Source: Candidatus Oleimmundimicrobium sp. (GTDB lineage Bacteria; Actinomycetota; Aquicultoria; UBA3085; Oleimmundimicrobiaceae). Taken from it: DNA of 64,000 nucleotides. The stretch is taken from the NCBI RefSeq assembly GCF_030651595.1, contig NZ_JAUSCH010000004.1, positions 9,380 to 73,379 on the forward strand. The letters run 5' to 3'. Position 1 is the first letter of the stretch; each line of letters opens with the position of its first letter. Positions 20,644-29,636 of the stretch are shown piece by piece. Made by a program: the position numbers and the translations under genes. The notes beneath the pieces are model-generated. The model saw only the letters and a program-made list of their open reading frames with translations. It was not told the DNA's origin and made no database searches.

Positions 20644-21105
20644 GTGTTTTGCAAAAAGTGTGGATATAAAAACAAAGATTTGGATGAATTTTGCCAAAAA
20701 TGTGGCTCTCAATTAAAAGAAAACACAAACCCAGAAAAGACAATATCTTTTAAACCCATTACAGATAAACAAAAAGAAGTTGAGGTGGGGATTAATGAAG
20801 TGCCTGAAGAAGGGGCACTTTTGATAGTTAAAAAAGGTTCAACTGCCGGACAAAAATTTTTGTTGAATAAAGACAAAATCACGATTGGGAGGCATCTTGG
20901 AAGCGATATTTTCTTAGATGATATAACAGTTTCGAGAAAACATGCTGAGATAAATTTTGATTCCGAGGGGGCAATATTAAGAGATATGGGGAGCTTGAAT
21001 GGCACCTATATTAATAATGAGTTGGTAGAAGAAGTCAGATTAAAGAACACCAATGAAATTCAAATTGGAAGATTTAAGCTGGTTTTTTTAACTAAACCAA
21101 GATAG
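20644..21105 (+). CDS. FHA domain protein with N-terminal zinc ribbon
   Basis: CKKCGY...CQKCG zinc-ribbon followed by FHA core (ITIGRHLGSDIFLDDITVSRKHAEI...GSLNGTYINN); GTG start 8 nt after AAGGAG. Confidence 0.8.
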   Translation: MFCKKCGYKNKDLDEFCQKCGSQLKENTNPEKTISFKPITDKQKEVEVGINEVPEEGALLIVKKGSTAGQKFLLNKDKITIGRHLGSDIFLDDITVSRKHAEINFDSEGAILRDMGSLNGTYINNELVEEVRLKNTNEIQIGRFKLVFLTKPR

Positions 21106-21123
21106 TTGGAAGGTGATGATGAA

Positions 21124-21837
21124 GTGTTTAGGTCTTCCGAGAGAGATTATGCAACAATTAGCGAAGTTGTTAAGGAGCTTCGTAAAGATTACCCTGATCT
21201 TTCAATAAGTAAAGTTAGATATTTAGAGGAAGAAGGGTTGATTAAGCCGGAGAGAACCTCGGGCGGTTATAGAAAATTTAAACCAGTGGATGTAGATAAA
21301 CTTCGAACAATATTGCGACTGCAAAAAGACAATTTTCTTCCTTTAAATATAATAAAATCCAAACTTAAGTCGCTTTCGTTTGGCAAAGAAGTTTATTCGG
21401 ATACAGCAGAAAATTTAGCATCATCTTTAGATGAAGAGACTATTTATCAGGAACAAAAAGGGGTAAAAATAGACGATGTTCCCAATATATCTAATTTGTC
21501 TTTTGAGGAAATTAAAAGACTTGAGACATACAATATACTTCAACCCGAAGAAACCGAAGAAGGGAAAGTATATAGCTCCGTTGATGTAAAAATAATGAAA
21601 ATTGTAAAACAATTAGCAGATTTTGGCATAGAACCTCGTCACATACGTTTTTACGAAAATTTTGCCGAGCGAGAAGCTTCTTTTTACCAACAAATTCTCT
21701 TACCCAGTTTTAAGCAAAAAAGTGAGGAAGGTAAAATTAAAGCCATGGAGGAACTTTCTGCTCTTATAAAACTAACACAAGAACTTAAAAATTTACTTTT
21801 ACAAAAGTCCATAAAAAATTATTTTCAAACCTCTTAG
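21124..21837 (+). CDS. MerR family transcriptional regulator (FtsR-like architecture)
   Basis: N-terminal MerR HTH (YATISEVVKEL...SISKVRYLEEEGLIKPERTSGGYRKF) plus ~150-aa C-terminal domain. GTG 21124 preferred over the ORF-track TTG at 21106. Confidence 0.75.
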   Translation: MFRSSERDYATISEVVKELRKDYPDLSISKVRYLEEEGLIKPERTSGGYRKFKPVDVDKLRTILRLQKDNFLPLNIIKSKLKSLSFGKEVYSDTAENLASSLDEETIYQEQKGVKIDDVPNISNLSFEEIKRLETYNILQPEETEEGKVYSSVDVKIMKIVKQLADFGIEPRHIRFYENFAEREASFYQQILLPSFKQKSEEGKIKAMEELSALIKLTQELKNLLLQKSIKNYFQTS

Positions 21838-21857
21838 GTTAAAATTTCTCTAAAAAC

Positions 21858-22337
21858 ATGTTGAAAAATGTGGAAAGACCAAAATTTATCGTTAATCAGA
21901 TGTGCGGCCGTCTTGCTAAATGGTTGCGTTTAATAGGTTATGATGCAGTTTATTTTAGTGATATCGCGGGTCGAGAATTGATAAATATTGCCAAAAAGGA
22001 AAGTCGGATTATCTTAACTCGAGATACGGAATTAATAAAAAGAAGCATCATTGCAAAAGGTATCGTGAAAGCATTAATGGTAAATTCCGACAATTTGGAT
22101 GTTCAGCTTGCTGAATTGATTAAAAGTCTTAAATTAAACTGTTCCCAGAGTCTGAAAAGGTGTATTGAGTGTAATGTTGAGCTTAAACCAATTCCTAAGT
22201 CTGAAGTAAAAAGCGAAGTTCCTCTTCATGTTTATAAAACACAAAATAATTTCAGTGTTTGTCCATTGTGCGGGAGGTATTACTGGAAAGGGACACATTG
22301 GAAACATATTCAGAACAAACTTAAAAATATTTGTTAA
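21858..22337 (+). CDS. Mut7-C/DUF82 PIN-like RNase domain protein with C-terminal zinc ribbon
   Basis: N-terminus FIVNQMCGRLAKWLRLIGYD typical of Mut7-C (COG1656); C-terminal CxxC...CxxC. Confidence 0.7.
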   Translation: MLKNVERPKFIVNQMCGRLAKWLRLIGYDAVYFSDIAGRELINIAKKESRIILTRDTELIKRSIIAKGIVKALMVNSDNLDVQLAELIKSLKLNCSQSLKRCIECNVELKPIPKSEVKSEVPLHVYKTQNNFSVCPLCGRYYWKGTHWKHIQNKLKNIC

Positions 22338-22786
22338 AGAAAATGATGTAATTTAGAGAATATATTCAATACAAAAATATTAACACTCATGATGACAATC
22401 CCGCTTATCATCAGCCAAGAAGAGATGCTGGTCGTATTTTTCTTTTCAAAAAACGATAACCAGCCGATTGTCAGCAAGGTAACAAAATAATAAAACCACA
22501 AGATGACAGAACCTATTTGCTTAACATCCCAACTCCAATAAGCTCCCCACAAATTTTTAGCTTGTATTAGCCCTATGATAAAAGAGGTTGTAAAAAAAAG
22601 AAAGCCAATAATTAAACAGACAAGATTAAGTTTGTACTGTTTTTTTAAAAAAAAATCCTTTGAAGTGGAGTCTGGACTTGTCTTTTTTAAAATTAAATAC
22701 AAACCGCTTCCAAGGCCAGCTATTAATAGACTAATTTGACTCAGTGTCGCAAGGATGTAATGTGCAATGCATTTGTCTAGTGTCAT
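22334..22786 (-). CDS. half-size CcsA/ResC-like cytochrome c assembly (WWD-domain heme-handling) membrane protein
   Basis: Contains the WGAYWSWD tryptophan-rich WWD motif between TM helices, with His near both termini (IAHYIL, LHHFL); only 150 aa vs ~300 for CcsA. Confidence 0.55.
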   Translation of the reverse strand: MTLDKCIAHYILATLSQISLLIAGLGSGLYLILKKTSPDSTSKDFFLKKQYKLNLVCLIIGFLFFTTSFIIGLIQAKNLWGAYWSWDVKQIGSVILWFYYFVTLLTIGWLSFFEKKNTTSISSWLMISGIVIMSVNIFVLNIFSKLHHFL

Positions 22787-22866
22787 AAAGCACCATTTCT
22801 TTTTAACTTAATAAAATATTTTATAAGAAAAAATTATTAAGTTATTATAAGATATTGTTAAGGAGG

Positions 22867-23277
22867 ATGGAAGAATTGTCTGATAATTTAAAAGCTTTTG
22901 AGAAAAAAGAAGAGGTTGTTTTAAGGTTTATAAAGGCAGATGAAGTTAAGTTTGCTCATCCCAGCGAACGTGTTTGCGCAAGTATTCTTGATTTTTATCA
23001 CATTCGGTGGCTTTATGAGCCAAAAACATTCCCAATAGAATGGGACAAGAAGGGCAATGTTGTTCAGAGTTTTACTCCGGATTTTTATCTTTCTGATCTT
23101 AACTTATATATTGAACTTACAACGATGAATCAAAAATTAGTAACTAAAAAAAACCGAAAAGTAAGAAGATTAAAAGAGTTATATCCCGATGTTAATATAA
23201 AGATTTTTTATCAGAAAGATTTCAAAAATCTGTTGATAAAATATGGGTTTCATGGCAGCGAGAAAAACAAAAATTAA
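22867..23277 (+). CDS. DUF559/Vsr-like endonuclease-fold (PD-(D/E)xK) small protein
   Basis: FTPDFYLSDLNLYIELT resembles the DUF559 core (YIxDFYC..L.IELDG), followed by a basic KNRKVRRLKELYPDVNIKIFYQKD tail. ATG 22867 directly after AAGGAGG (ORF track TTG 22855). Confidence 0.45.
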   Translation: MEELSDNLKAFEKKEEVVLRFIKADEVKFAHPSERVCASILDFYHIRWLYEPKTFPIEWDKKGNVVQSFTPDFYLSDLNLYIELTTMNQKLVTKKNRKVRRLKELYPDVNIKIFYQKDFKNLLIKYGFHGSEKNKN

Positions 23278-23355
23278 TTTACTTCTTTGTTCCTAAACAC
23301 CTTCTATAGTAATATGTATTAAATTTATTAATTTTTTTTGTAAGGAGAAGCTAAA

Positions 23356-23943
23356 TTGGTTGAAAGTTTGCAAGGCAATAATTTAAGCGATGACATTGAG
23401 AGAGTTTTTTTTACGAAACAAGAAATTCAAGAGAAAGTTGATTTTTTGGGTAAGAAAATTAGCTGTGACTATAAAGGTAAAGACTTGCTTTTAATAAACA
23501 TATTGAAGGGTGGGGTAGTTTTTCTTTCTAATCTCATAATGAGTATTGATATAGGTATATCAATAGATTTTATGGCGATTTCAAGTTATGGCCCATCTTC
23601 AGAGACCACAGGTGCGGTAAAGTTAATCAAAGATTTAGAAGAAAGCATTGAGGGCAGGAATATTTTGGTTGTAGAAGATATAATTGATACCGGTTTGACG
23701 CTAAATTATCTGACTAATAATTTAAAAGCCCGACAGCCCGCAAGTTTAAAAATTTGTACTTTATTAGACAAATCAGTTCGTCGGATTGTCGATATGCCCA
23801 TCGATTACAAGGGATTTGATGTCCCTGATGTTTTTTTGGTTGGATATGGGCTGGATTATAAACAAAAATATCGAAATTTACCCTATATTGGAATTCTTAA
23901 AAAAGAAGTATATTTGGACAAAGATCCGATGTTAAATTATTAA
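23356..23943 (+). CDS. hpt: hypoxanthine-guanine phosphoribosyltransferase
   Basis: PRPP-binding motif ILVVEDIIDTGLT; TTG start 8 nt after AAGGAG. Confidence 0.9.
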   Translation: MVESLQGNNLSDDIERVFFTKQEIQEKVDFLGKKISCDYKGKDLLLINILKGGVVFLSNLIMSIDIGISIDFMAISSYGPSSETTGAVKLIKDLEESIEGRNILVVEDIIDTGLTLNYLTNNLKARQPASLKICTLLDKSVRRIVDMPIDYKGFDVPDVFLVGYGLDYKQKYRNLPYIGILKKEVYLDKDPMLNY

Positions 23944-25553
23944 AGTTTTGTTATTTCTCCTCGAGTTGCGTAACCAAGATTATTTGCAAGGTCTCCAATT
24001 CTTTCGTAATGATTTATTATATCTAAAAACATGATTCCGGCCTGAGTGAAGCAGACACCATCTTTTAATCTTTTTATGTGTTCAAGGTGAGCATTACGAG
24101 CTATCTTGTCAATTTTATTTTCAAGTCTTTGATATTTCTTGGCTTTTTCGGCATCATCTTCCTCGAAAGCGACTACCATATTGCTGTACATTGTTTTAAC
24201 GTGGGAGTGTATCTTTTGTATTTCATCCTCAGCATTTTTGGAAAATGGGATTTTTTCAATGTTTTTTTCGTCAACAATTTTCATGATATTCTCAGCATGG
24301 TCACCGATTCTTTCAACGTCATTCACAACATGCATAAGAATAGTAAATCTTCTTGATTGCTCGGGGCTCATTGAGCTTTGAGAAACCTTAGTAAGGTATT
24401 TTGTTATTTCGGCTGCTAAATTATCAACAGCTTCTTCTCTTTGCTCAACGTGTTTTCTTGAATTCTTCTTTGGATTAAACATAATCTCTAAATCATAATC
24501 GATCATTTCAAGAGTTAAGCGAGCCATTCGGGCAATCTCTTTAGTTGTTTGTCCTAGCGCGAACGATGGAGCGTTTAAAATATGAGGGTCTAAATAAATG
24601 GTTTTCCGCTCAACAATTACTTCTTCCCCGGGTACCAGAATGGTAACCACTTTTGAAAATAGGCCAACCAGAGGTAACCCTATCAAGGTACACATTATAT
24701 TTAATGATGTTTGAGCATTGGCTATTTGTCTGGCGATATTAGTGGAGGTAAAAGTTGCCATTTTAATAAAGAACGGTAAGATAGTTAAGAATATTACAGT
24801 TCCAAGAACATTAAACATTAAATGAGCTACGGCGGACCGCCGGGCAGCAAGTGATGTGCCAATGCTTGCCAGCATGGCTGTTATACAAGTACCGATTTCT
24901 GCTCCCAAGACAATGGGAATTGCGGAATTAATGGTAAGCAAGCCGGATGTTGCGGCAGCGATAACGAGGCCCATTGTGGCGCTGCTGCTTTGAATTACAG
25001 CTGTAATAAGCATTCCGGCAAGTACTCCTAAAAGTGGTTTTTGGCCAAAATTAGTTAGAAAGGCAATCAATTCGGTGCTTTGTTTTAATGGAACCACAGC
25101 ATCCTTCATAAGGTTAAGACCGAAGAAAAGTAAACCAAATCCTAAAATTGTTTCTCCGATAAATTTAAAAAGTTTTCGTTTGCTAAAAAAAGTTAAGGCA
25201 AAACCAATTGCGATAGCAGGAAGCGCAAATCGGTCAATTTTAAATGCAATCATCTGAGCGGTAATAGTGGTTCCTACGTTTGCTCCCATAATTACGCCAA
25301 TTGCTTGCTGAAGGTTCATTAACCCCGCATTTACAAAGCCGACCAACATAACCGTGGTAGCGCTACTGCTTTGAATGAGAGCTGTTACGCCAGCCCCAAC
25401 CATAGCCCCTCGCCATGGTTTGGTGGTTAAAACTTCCAATACTTTACGCATTCTATCGCCGGCTATTTTTTGGAGTCCGTCTCCCATTTTTTGAATTCCG
25501 TAGATAAAAAGGGCTAATCCTCCAACTAAACTCATAACTATTTGAGCGTTCAC
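23940..25553 (-). CDS. Na/Pi cotransporter family protein with C-terminal PhoU-like domains
   Basis: Duplicated Na/Pi-cotransporter repeats (QSSSAT... twice) and C-terminal PhoU-like helical repeats. Confidence 0.85.
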   Translation of the reverse strand: MNAQIVMSLVGGLALFIYGIQKMGDGLQKIAGDRMRKVLEVLTTKPWRGAMVGAGVTALIQSSSATTVMLVGFVNAGLMNLQQAIGVIMGANVGTTITAQMIAFKIDRFALPAIAIGFALTFFSKRKLFKFIGETILGFGLLFFGLNLMKDAVVPLKQSTELIAFLTNFGQKPLLGVLAGMLITAVIQSSSATMGLVIAAATSGLLTINSAIPIVLGAEIGTCITAMLASIGTSLAARRSAVAHLMFNVLGTVIFLTILPFFIKMATFTSTNIARQIANAQTSLNIMCTLIGLPLVGLFSKVVTILVPGEEVIVERKTIYLDPHILNAPSFALGQTTKEIARMARLTLEMIDYDLEIMFNPKKNSRKHVEQREEAVDNLAAEITKYLTKVSQSSMSPEQSRRFTILMHVVNDVERIGDHAENIMKIVDEKNIEKIPFSKNAEDEIQKIHSHVKTMYSNMVVAFEEDDAEKAKKYQRLENKIDKIARNAHLEHIKRLKDGVCFTQAGIMFLDIINHYERIGDLANNLGYATRGEITKL

Positions 25554-25641
25554 TTTGCCTCCAACTTGTTTTATTTTTTAAATCGAAAAAAGTATAACAT
25601 AAACAATTTTAAGGCAAAAATATTTTGTAGGTTAACTTAAA

Positions 25642-26712
25642 TTGCTTGCAGTTTCGTCTTGTAATATGATTATAATAATTTGCGAATCTTTGGAGGAGAT
25701 AAGAATTCGACAATCAAAAGTTTTTTTTGTTACGGTTATTTCTTTATTATTTATTTTATTAATTCCTTCTGTTGGGGCGTGTGTCACTTTAAGCAAACAA
25801 AAGCAAGCTGAAAAGTTTAAAGAGGAAGTTAATGGTTTGCAGACGCAACTTAACAGAATAACGAGGGAATATAATTCGGCTTATAACGAATATATCGAAA
25901 CAATTAACGGTGAAGAAGAGACAATGGTGAAACTTGAGTTGATTGAAAAAGAGCTCAAAACAAAAGAAGCATTATTAGATTTGCGATTAAAAGCTATTTA
26001 TACTCAGGAAAATCTGAGTTTCTTGAAAGTCCTATTGAATTCAACTGATTTTAACGATTTTTTAACTTGTTTTTATTTATGTGAGAGGGTTGGCGCGTGG
26101 GAAGCAAGGGTAATTAGAGAAGCAAGAGAGCTGAAGATTGAATTAAAAAAGCAGAAAGCAGAACTAGAAGAGAAACGAACTCAACAAAAGGCATTATTGA
26201 AGAAATTGGACAAAAAAAAGGAAGAATTGGATGAGAAATTTAAAAAATCAAAAAGCTTATTCTCTGTAATTGAAAAAGAGTTAAAGAGTGCTCCACGTGT
26301 TACTCCGCGCACCATTAAGGGAGTTAAGATAAGTTGTTTCCCTGTTTCCAGGCCTTACGCATACAGCGATACATGGTTGGCTCCTCGAAGAGGTCATCTT
26401 CACCAAGGATGCGACGTTTTTGCCGCAAAAGGGACACCTTGCTACGTTTGCGTTAGCGGGAGAGTAAAAATGAGTTCTAGTCGGAATGGGGGAAAAACCA
26501 TATATCTATCCGGCGATAGCGGGGATCTTTTTTATTACATGCACTTGGATAAGTGCGCTGTAGCAGGAGGACACGTGGAGGCCGGACAGGTTATTGGCTA
26601 TATTGGTGATAGTGGTAATGCGAGAGGCGGGGTATGTCATCTCCATTTTGAGGTTCATCCCGGCGGAGGAAGAGCAGTAAACCCGTATCTGATTTTAAGA
26701 AGCATTGAATAG
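25642..26712 (+). CDS. M23 family metallopeptidase (murein DD-endopeptidase) with N-terminal coiled-coil
   Basis: LytM-type motifs HxGxD (HQGCD) and HLHFE(V)H in the C-terminus; long coiled-coil; N-terminal TM/signal. Start codon uncertain (see findings). Confidence 0.8.
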   Translation: MLAVSSCNMIIIICESLEEIRIRQSKVFFVTVISLLFILLIPSVGACVTLSKQKQAEKFKEEVNGLQTQLNRITREYNSAYNEYIETINGEEETMVKLELIEKELKTKEALLDLRLKAIYTQENLSFLKVLLNSTDFNDFLTCFYLCERVGAWEARVIREARELKIELKKQKAELEEKRTQQKALLKKLDKKKEELDEKFKKSKSLFSVIEKELKSAPRVTPRTIKGVKISCFPVSRPYAYSDTWLAPRRGHLHQGCDVFAAKGTPCYVCVSGRVKMSSSRNGGKTIYLSGDSGDLFYYMHLDKCAVAGGHVEAGQVIGYIGDSGNARGGVCHLHFEVHPGGGRAVNPYLILRSIE

Positions 26713-26734
26713 GTTAGGTAACCGTTAGCCAGGT

Positions 26735-26763
26735 TTGACGGATACACGAAGTCGCGATAGTAT
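26735..26763 (+). promoter_or_regulatory. putative promoter TTGACG-17-TAGTAT upstream of the TPP riboswitch
   Basis: Hexamers read from sequence; places the transcription start just 5' of the aptamer. Confidence 0.3.
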
Positions 26764-26779
26764 TTAGTTATAATTTAAT

Positions 26780-26880
26780 AAGGATTGCAAGGGGAGCGTT
26801 TGCTGAGAGTTTTTCGTTGTAGTTTGGCGAAAAAGACCCTTTAAACCTGTTTGGATAATACCAGCGAAGGGATGCAGATA
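26780..26880 (+). promoter_or_regulatory. TPP (THI-box) riboswitch aptamer
   Basis: Conserved elements GGGGAGCG...GCTGAGAG...ACCTGTTTGGATAATACCAGCGAAGGGA match the thiamine-pyrophosphate riboswitch consensus; located upstream of thiE. Confidence 0.85.
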
Positions 26881-26895
26881 TTTAATAATGTGTAG

Positions 26896-26924
26896 TCCGC
26901 TGGTTAGCGGATTTTTTATTTTTG
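26896..26924 (+). terminator. riboswitch expression-platform intrinsic terminator
   Basis: TCCGCT-ggtt-AGCGGA hairpin followed by TTTTTTATTTTT, 10 nt before the thiE ATG. Confidence 0.7.
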
Positions 26925-26934
26925 TGAGGTTGAT

Positions 26935-27579
26935 ATGGATTTATCATTTTATGTAATTACCTGTGAAGTGCCCAATTTAAAAAGAAGTCAATTTGAGGTT
27001 GCCAAAGCGGCAACTGAAGGTGGCGCGACGGTTATTCAATATAGAGAAAAAAATAAATCTTCTAGAGAGTTGTTAGAGATGGCTTGTAAGATTCATAAAA
27101 TTACACAAAGAGCAAACATCCCCTTAATAATTAACGATAGGCTCGATATTGCCCAGGCAGTTAAGGCCGAAGGGGTTCATCTTGGACAAGGAGATATTTC
27201 TGTTAAGACTGCTCGTATGATACTTGGGCCAGAGAGCATAATTGGTGTGTCCTGTGGAAATATTGAGGAAGCAATTGAAGCTGAGCGTGATGGAGCATCT
27301 TATATTGGAGTTGGCCCGATTTTCCCGACTTCAACTAAGGATAATGCGCGTAAACCCATAGGGATTAAAGGGCTGATTGAAATCAAAAGAAGCGTTAACG
27401 TTCCGGTGGTAGGTATTGGTGGAATTTCAGTTGATAATGTGGGATCGGTATTAAAGTCAGGAGTGGATGGTGTTGCGGTTATTTCGGCGGTGGCTTTTGC
27501 TTCTAATATGAAAGGAGCCAGTTGTAATTTGTCTAAAAAAATAAAAAAGGTTAGGGAGGCTAATCATGAGTTTAAATGA
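26935..27579 (+). CDS. thiE: thiamine-phosphate synthase
   Basis: ThiE/TMP-TENI family pattern; first gene after the TPP riboswitch. Confidence 0.9.
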   Translation: MDLSFYVITCEVPNLKRSQFEVAKAATEGGATVIQYREKNKSSRELLEMACKIHKITQRANIPLIINDRLDIAQAVKAEGVHLGQGDISVKTARMILGPESIIGVSCGNIEEAIEAERDGASYIGVGPIFPTSTKDNARKPIGIKGLIEIKRSVNVPVVGIGGISVDNVGSVLKSGVDGVAVISAVAFASNMKGASCNLSKKIKKVREANHEFK

Positions 27580-28339
27580 GGTTACAATCACTAAAGCGAT
27601 AGTTGAAGAATTTTTAAGTGTTTTTATAGAGTATTCTGAGGTCGATGTTGCCCTAGTTGGGGGAGGTCCGGCAAATTTAGTTGCAGCTACTTGTTTGGCC
27701 AAAGAAGGGGTCAAGACAGTTTTGTTTGAGAAAAAGTTATCTGTAGGAGGAGGAATGTGGGGAGGCGGTATGATGTTTCCTCGTATTGTAGTGCAGTCGG
27801 AAGCTTGCAGAATTTTAGATGATTTTGGAATACATTACACCGAATATAAGCCGGGTTATTACATTGCCAGCTCGGTGGAGTCGGTTGGAAAGCTTATAAG
27901 CCGGGCTTGCGATTTTGGAGTTCAAATTTTTAATTTAATGAGTGTTGAGGATGTAGTAATAAGAGAAAATGATGCTATTACCGGCTTGGTGATAAACTGG
28001 ACAGCAGTTGATATGGCCGGTTTGCATGTCGATCCTTTATCGATTTCCGCTAAAGTTGTTATAGATGGGACGGGACACGATGCCGAAGTTTGTCGGGTGA
28101 TTGAAAGAAAAATACCCGGGGTGAAGTTGAACGTTAAGGGCGAAAAACCGATGTGGGCTGATGTGGGTGAAAAAATTCTTTTGGATACAACCAAAGAAGT
28201 TTACCCCGGTCTTATTGTTGCGGGGATGGCAGCCAATGCAGTAGCCGGTGGCCATAGAATGGGGCCAATCTTTGGCGGAATGATGTTGTCCGGAGAAAAA
28301 GCGGCACAAATTGCTTTATCAAAACTGGGAGAGGATTAA
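27566..28339 (+). CDS. thi4: Thi4-family thiazole synthase (archaeal-type, His-containing active site)
   Basis: FAD-binding [22 protein letters not shown] block, and GTGHDAEV at the position of the yeast THI4 suicide Cys. Confidence 0.85.
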   Translation: MSLNEVTITKAIVEEFLSVFIEYSEVDVALVGGGPANLVAATCLAKEGVKTVLFEKKLSVGGGMWGGGMMFPRIVVQSEACRILDDFGIHYTEYKPGYYIASSVESVGKLISRACDFGVQIFNLMSVEDVVIRENDAITGLVINWTAVDMAGLHVDPLSISAKVVIDGTGHDAEVCRVIERKIPGVKLNVKGEKPMWADVGEKILLDTTKEVYPGLIVAGMAANAVAGGHRMGPIFGGMMLSGEKAAQIALSKLGED

Positions 28340-28340
28340 A

Positions 28341-29636
28341 GTGACCTTAATTAAGAGAATTCAAGCAGGCGAAGTCCCTGAAGTTGTAAAAAACATTGCT
28401 AAAAATGAATTAATCGAGCTCGAAATTTTATTGGAAAGAATTGCCGATGGGAGAGTAGTGATACCCAACAATATCAATCATTCTATTAGCAAGTTTGTTG
28501 GTATTGGCAAAGGTCTTACGACAAAAGTTAATGCCAATATTGGAACATCGGAAGATTATCCTTTTCTTGAAGAAGAGTTAAAAAAATTAGAAGTATCGGT
28601 TGAGGTAGGAACCGATACAGTTATGGACCTCAGCACGGGAGGAAATTTAGATTCAATTCGCAGGGAAATACTGAAAAAGTCAACCGTTCCAATTGGAACG
28701 GTTCCAATTTATCAAGCAGCCGTTGATGCTAAATTTAAACTTGGAAGCATTGTTGAGATGACTAAAGAGCATATTTTTGAAGTTATCAGAAAACAGGCAA
28801 AAGACGGTGTTGATTTTATGACTATCCATTGTGGGGTAACACGCAAAGCCTTAGATGCTTTAAATAAAGATGGTCGAATAATGGATGTGGTGAGTCGTGG
28901 CGGGGCATTTACAATAGGCTGGATTTTGCATAACAACAGGGAAAATCCACTTTATGAAGAATTTGATGAGCTGTTAAATATTGCGAAAGAATACGATATT
29001 ACCTTAAGTCTCGGAGATGGGATGAGGCCCGGTTGTTTAGCTGATGCTACTGACCGTGCGCAAATTCAAGAACTCTTAACGCTTGGGGAATTAGTGGATA
29101 GAGCTCGGGAAGCAGGAGTACAAACGATGGTTGAAGGGCCGGGCCATGTGCCTTTTGACCAAATTGAAATGAATATTAAACTGGAGAAAGAGATATGCAA
29201 AGGTGCTCCATTTTATGTTTTAGGACCCATAGTAACTGATGTTGCGCCGGGATATGATCATATTACTTCGGCAATTGGAGGAACTCTGGCGGCCTCGGCA
29301 GGTGCGGATTTTTTATGTTATGTCACTTCACGTGAGCATCTTGGCCTACCGACAGTTGGAGATGTAAGAGAAGGGGTGGTTGTTTCAAGAATAGCTGCTC
29401 ACGCAGCTGATATTGCAAAAAAGATTCCTGGAGCAAAAGATTGGGATTTGGAAATGGCTAAAGCCAGGCGGCGCTTGGATTGGGAAGAAGAAATAAAGCT
29501 GGCAATTGACCCCGAAAAAGCAAGAGAAGGATATGAGGAAAGAAAAAAGAAAGGTGAAGATGTTTGCACGATGTGCGGAGATTTTTGCGCTTTAAAGGTT
29601 ATTGATGAATATTTAGGAAAAACAAGACAAGGGTAA
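28341..29636 (+). CDS. thiC: phosphomethylpyrimidine synthase
   Basis: Short-form ThiC with C-terminal CTMCGDFCA cluster; GTG 28341 after GGGAGAGG (ORF track TTG 28311). Confidence 0.9.
   Translation: MTLIKRIQAGEVPEVVKNIAKNELIELEILLERIADGRVVIPNNINHSISKFVGIGKGLTTKVNANIGTSEDYPFLEEELKKLEVSVEVGTDTVMDLSTGGNLDSIRREILKKSTVPIGTVPIYQAAVDAKFKLGSIVEMTKEHIFEVIRKQAKDGVDFMTIHCGVTRKALDALNKDGRIMDVVSRGGAFTIGWILHNNRENPLYEEFDELLNIAKEYDITLSLGDGMRPGCLADATDRAQIQELLTLGELVDRAREAGVQTMVEGPGHVPFDQIEMNIKLEKEICKGAPFYVLGPIVTDVAPGYDHITSAIGGTLAASAGADFLCYVTSREHLGLPTVGDVREGVVVSRIAAHAADIAKKIPGAKDWDLEMAKARRRLDWEEEIKLAIDPEKAREGYEERKKKGEDVCTMCGDFCALKVIDEYLGKTRQG

Noticed and set aside
24078-24381. Two + strand ORFs (92 and 80 aa) inside the Na/Pi cotransporter locus
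   Set aside because: Antisense to a well-supported 537-aa minus-strand gene; hydrophobic low-complexity translations typical of antisense frames.
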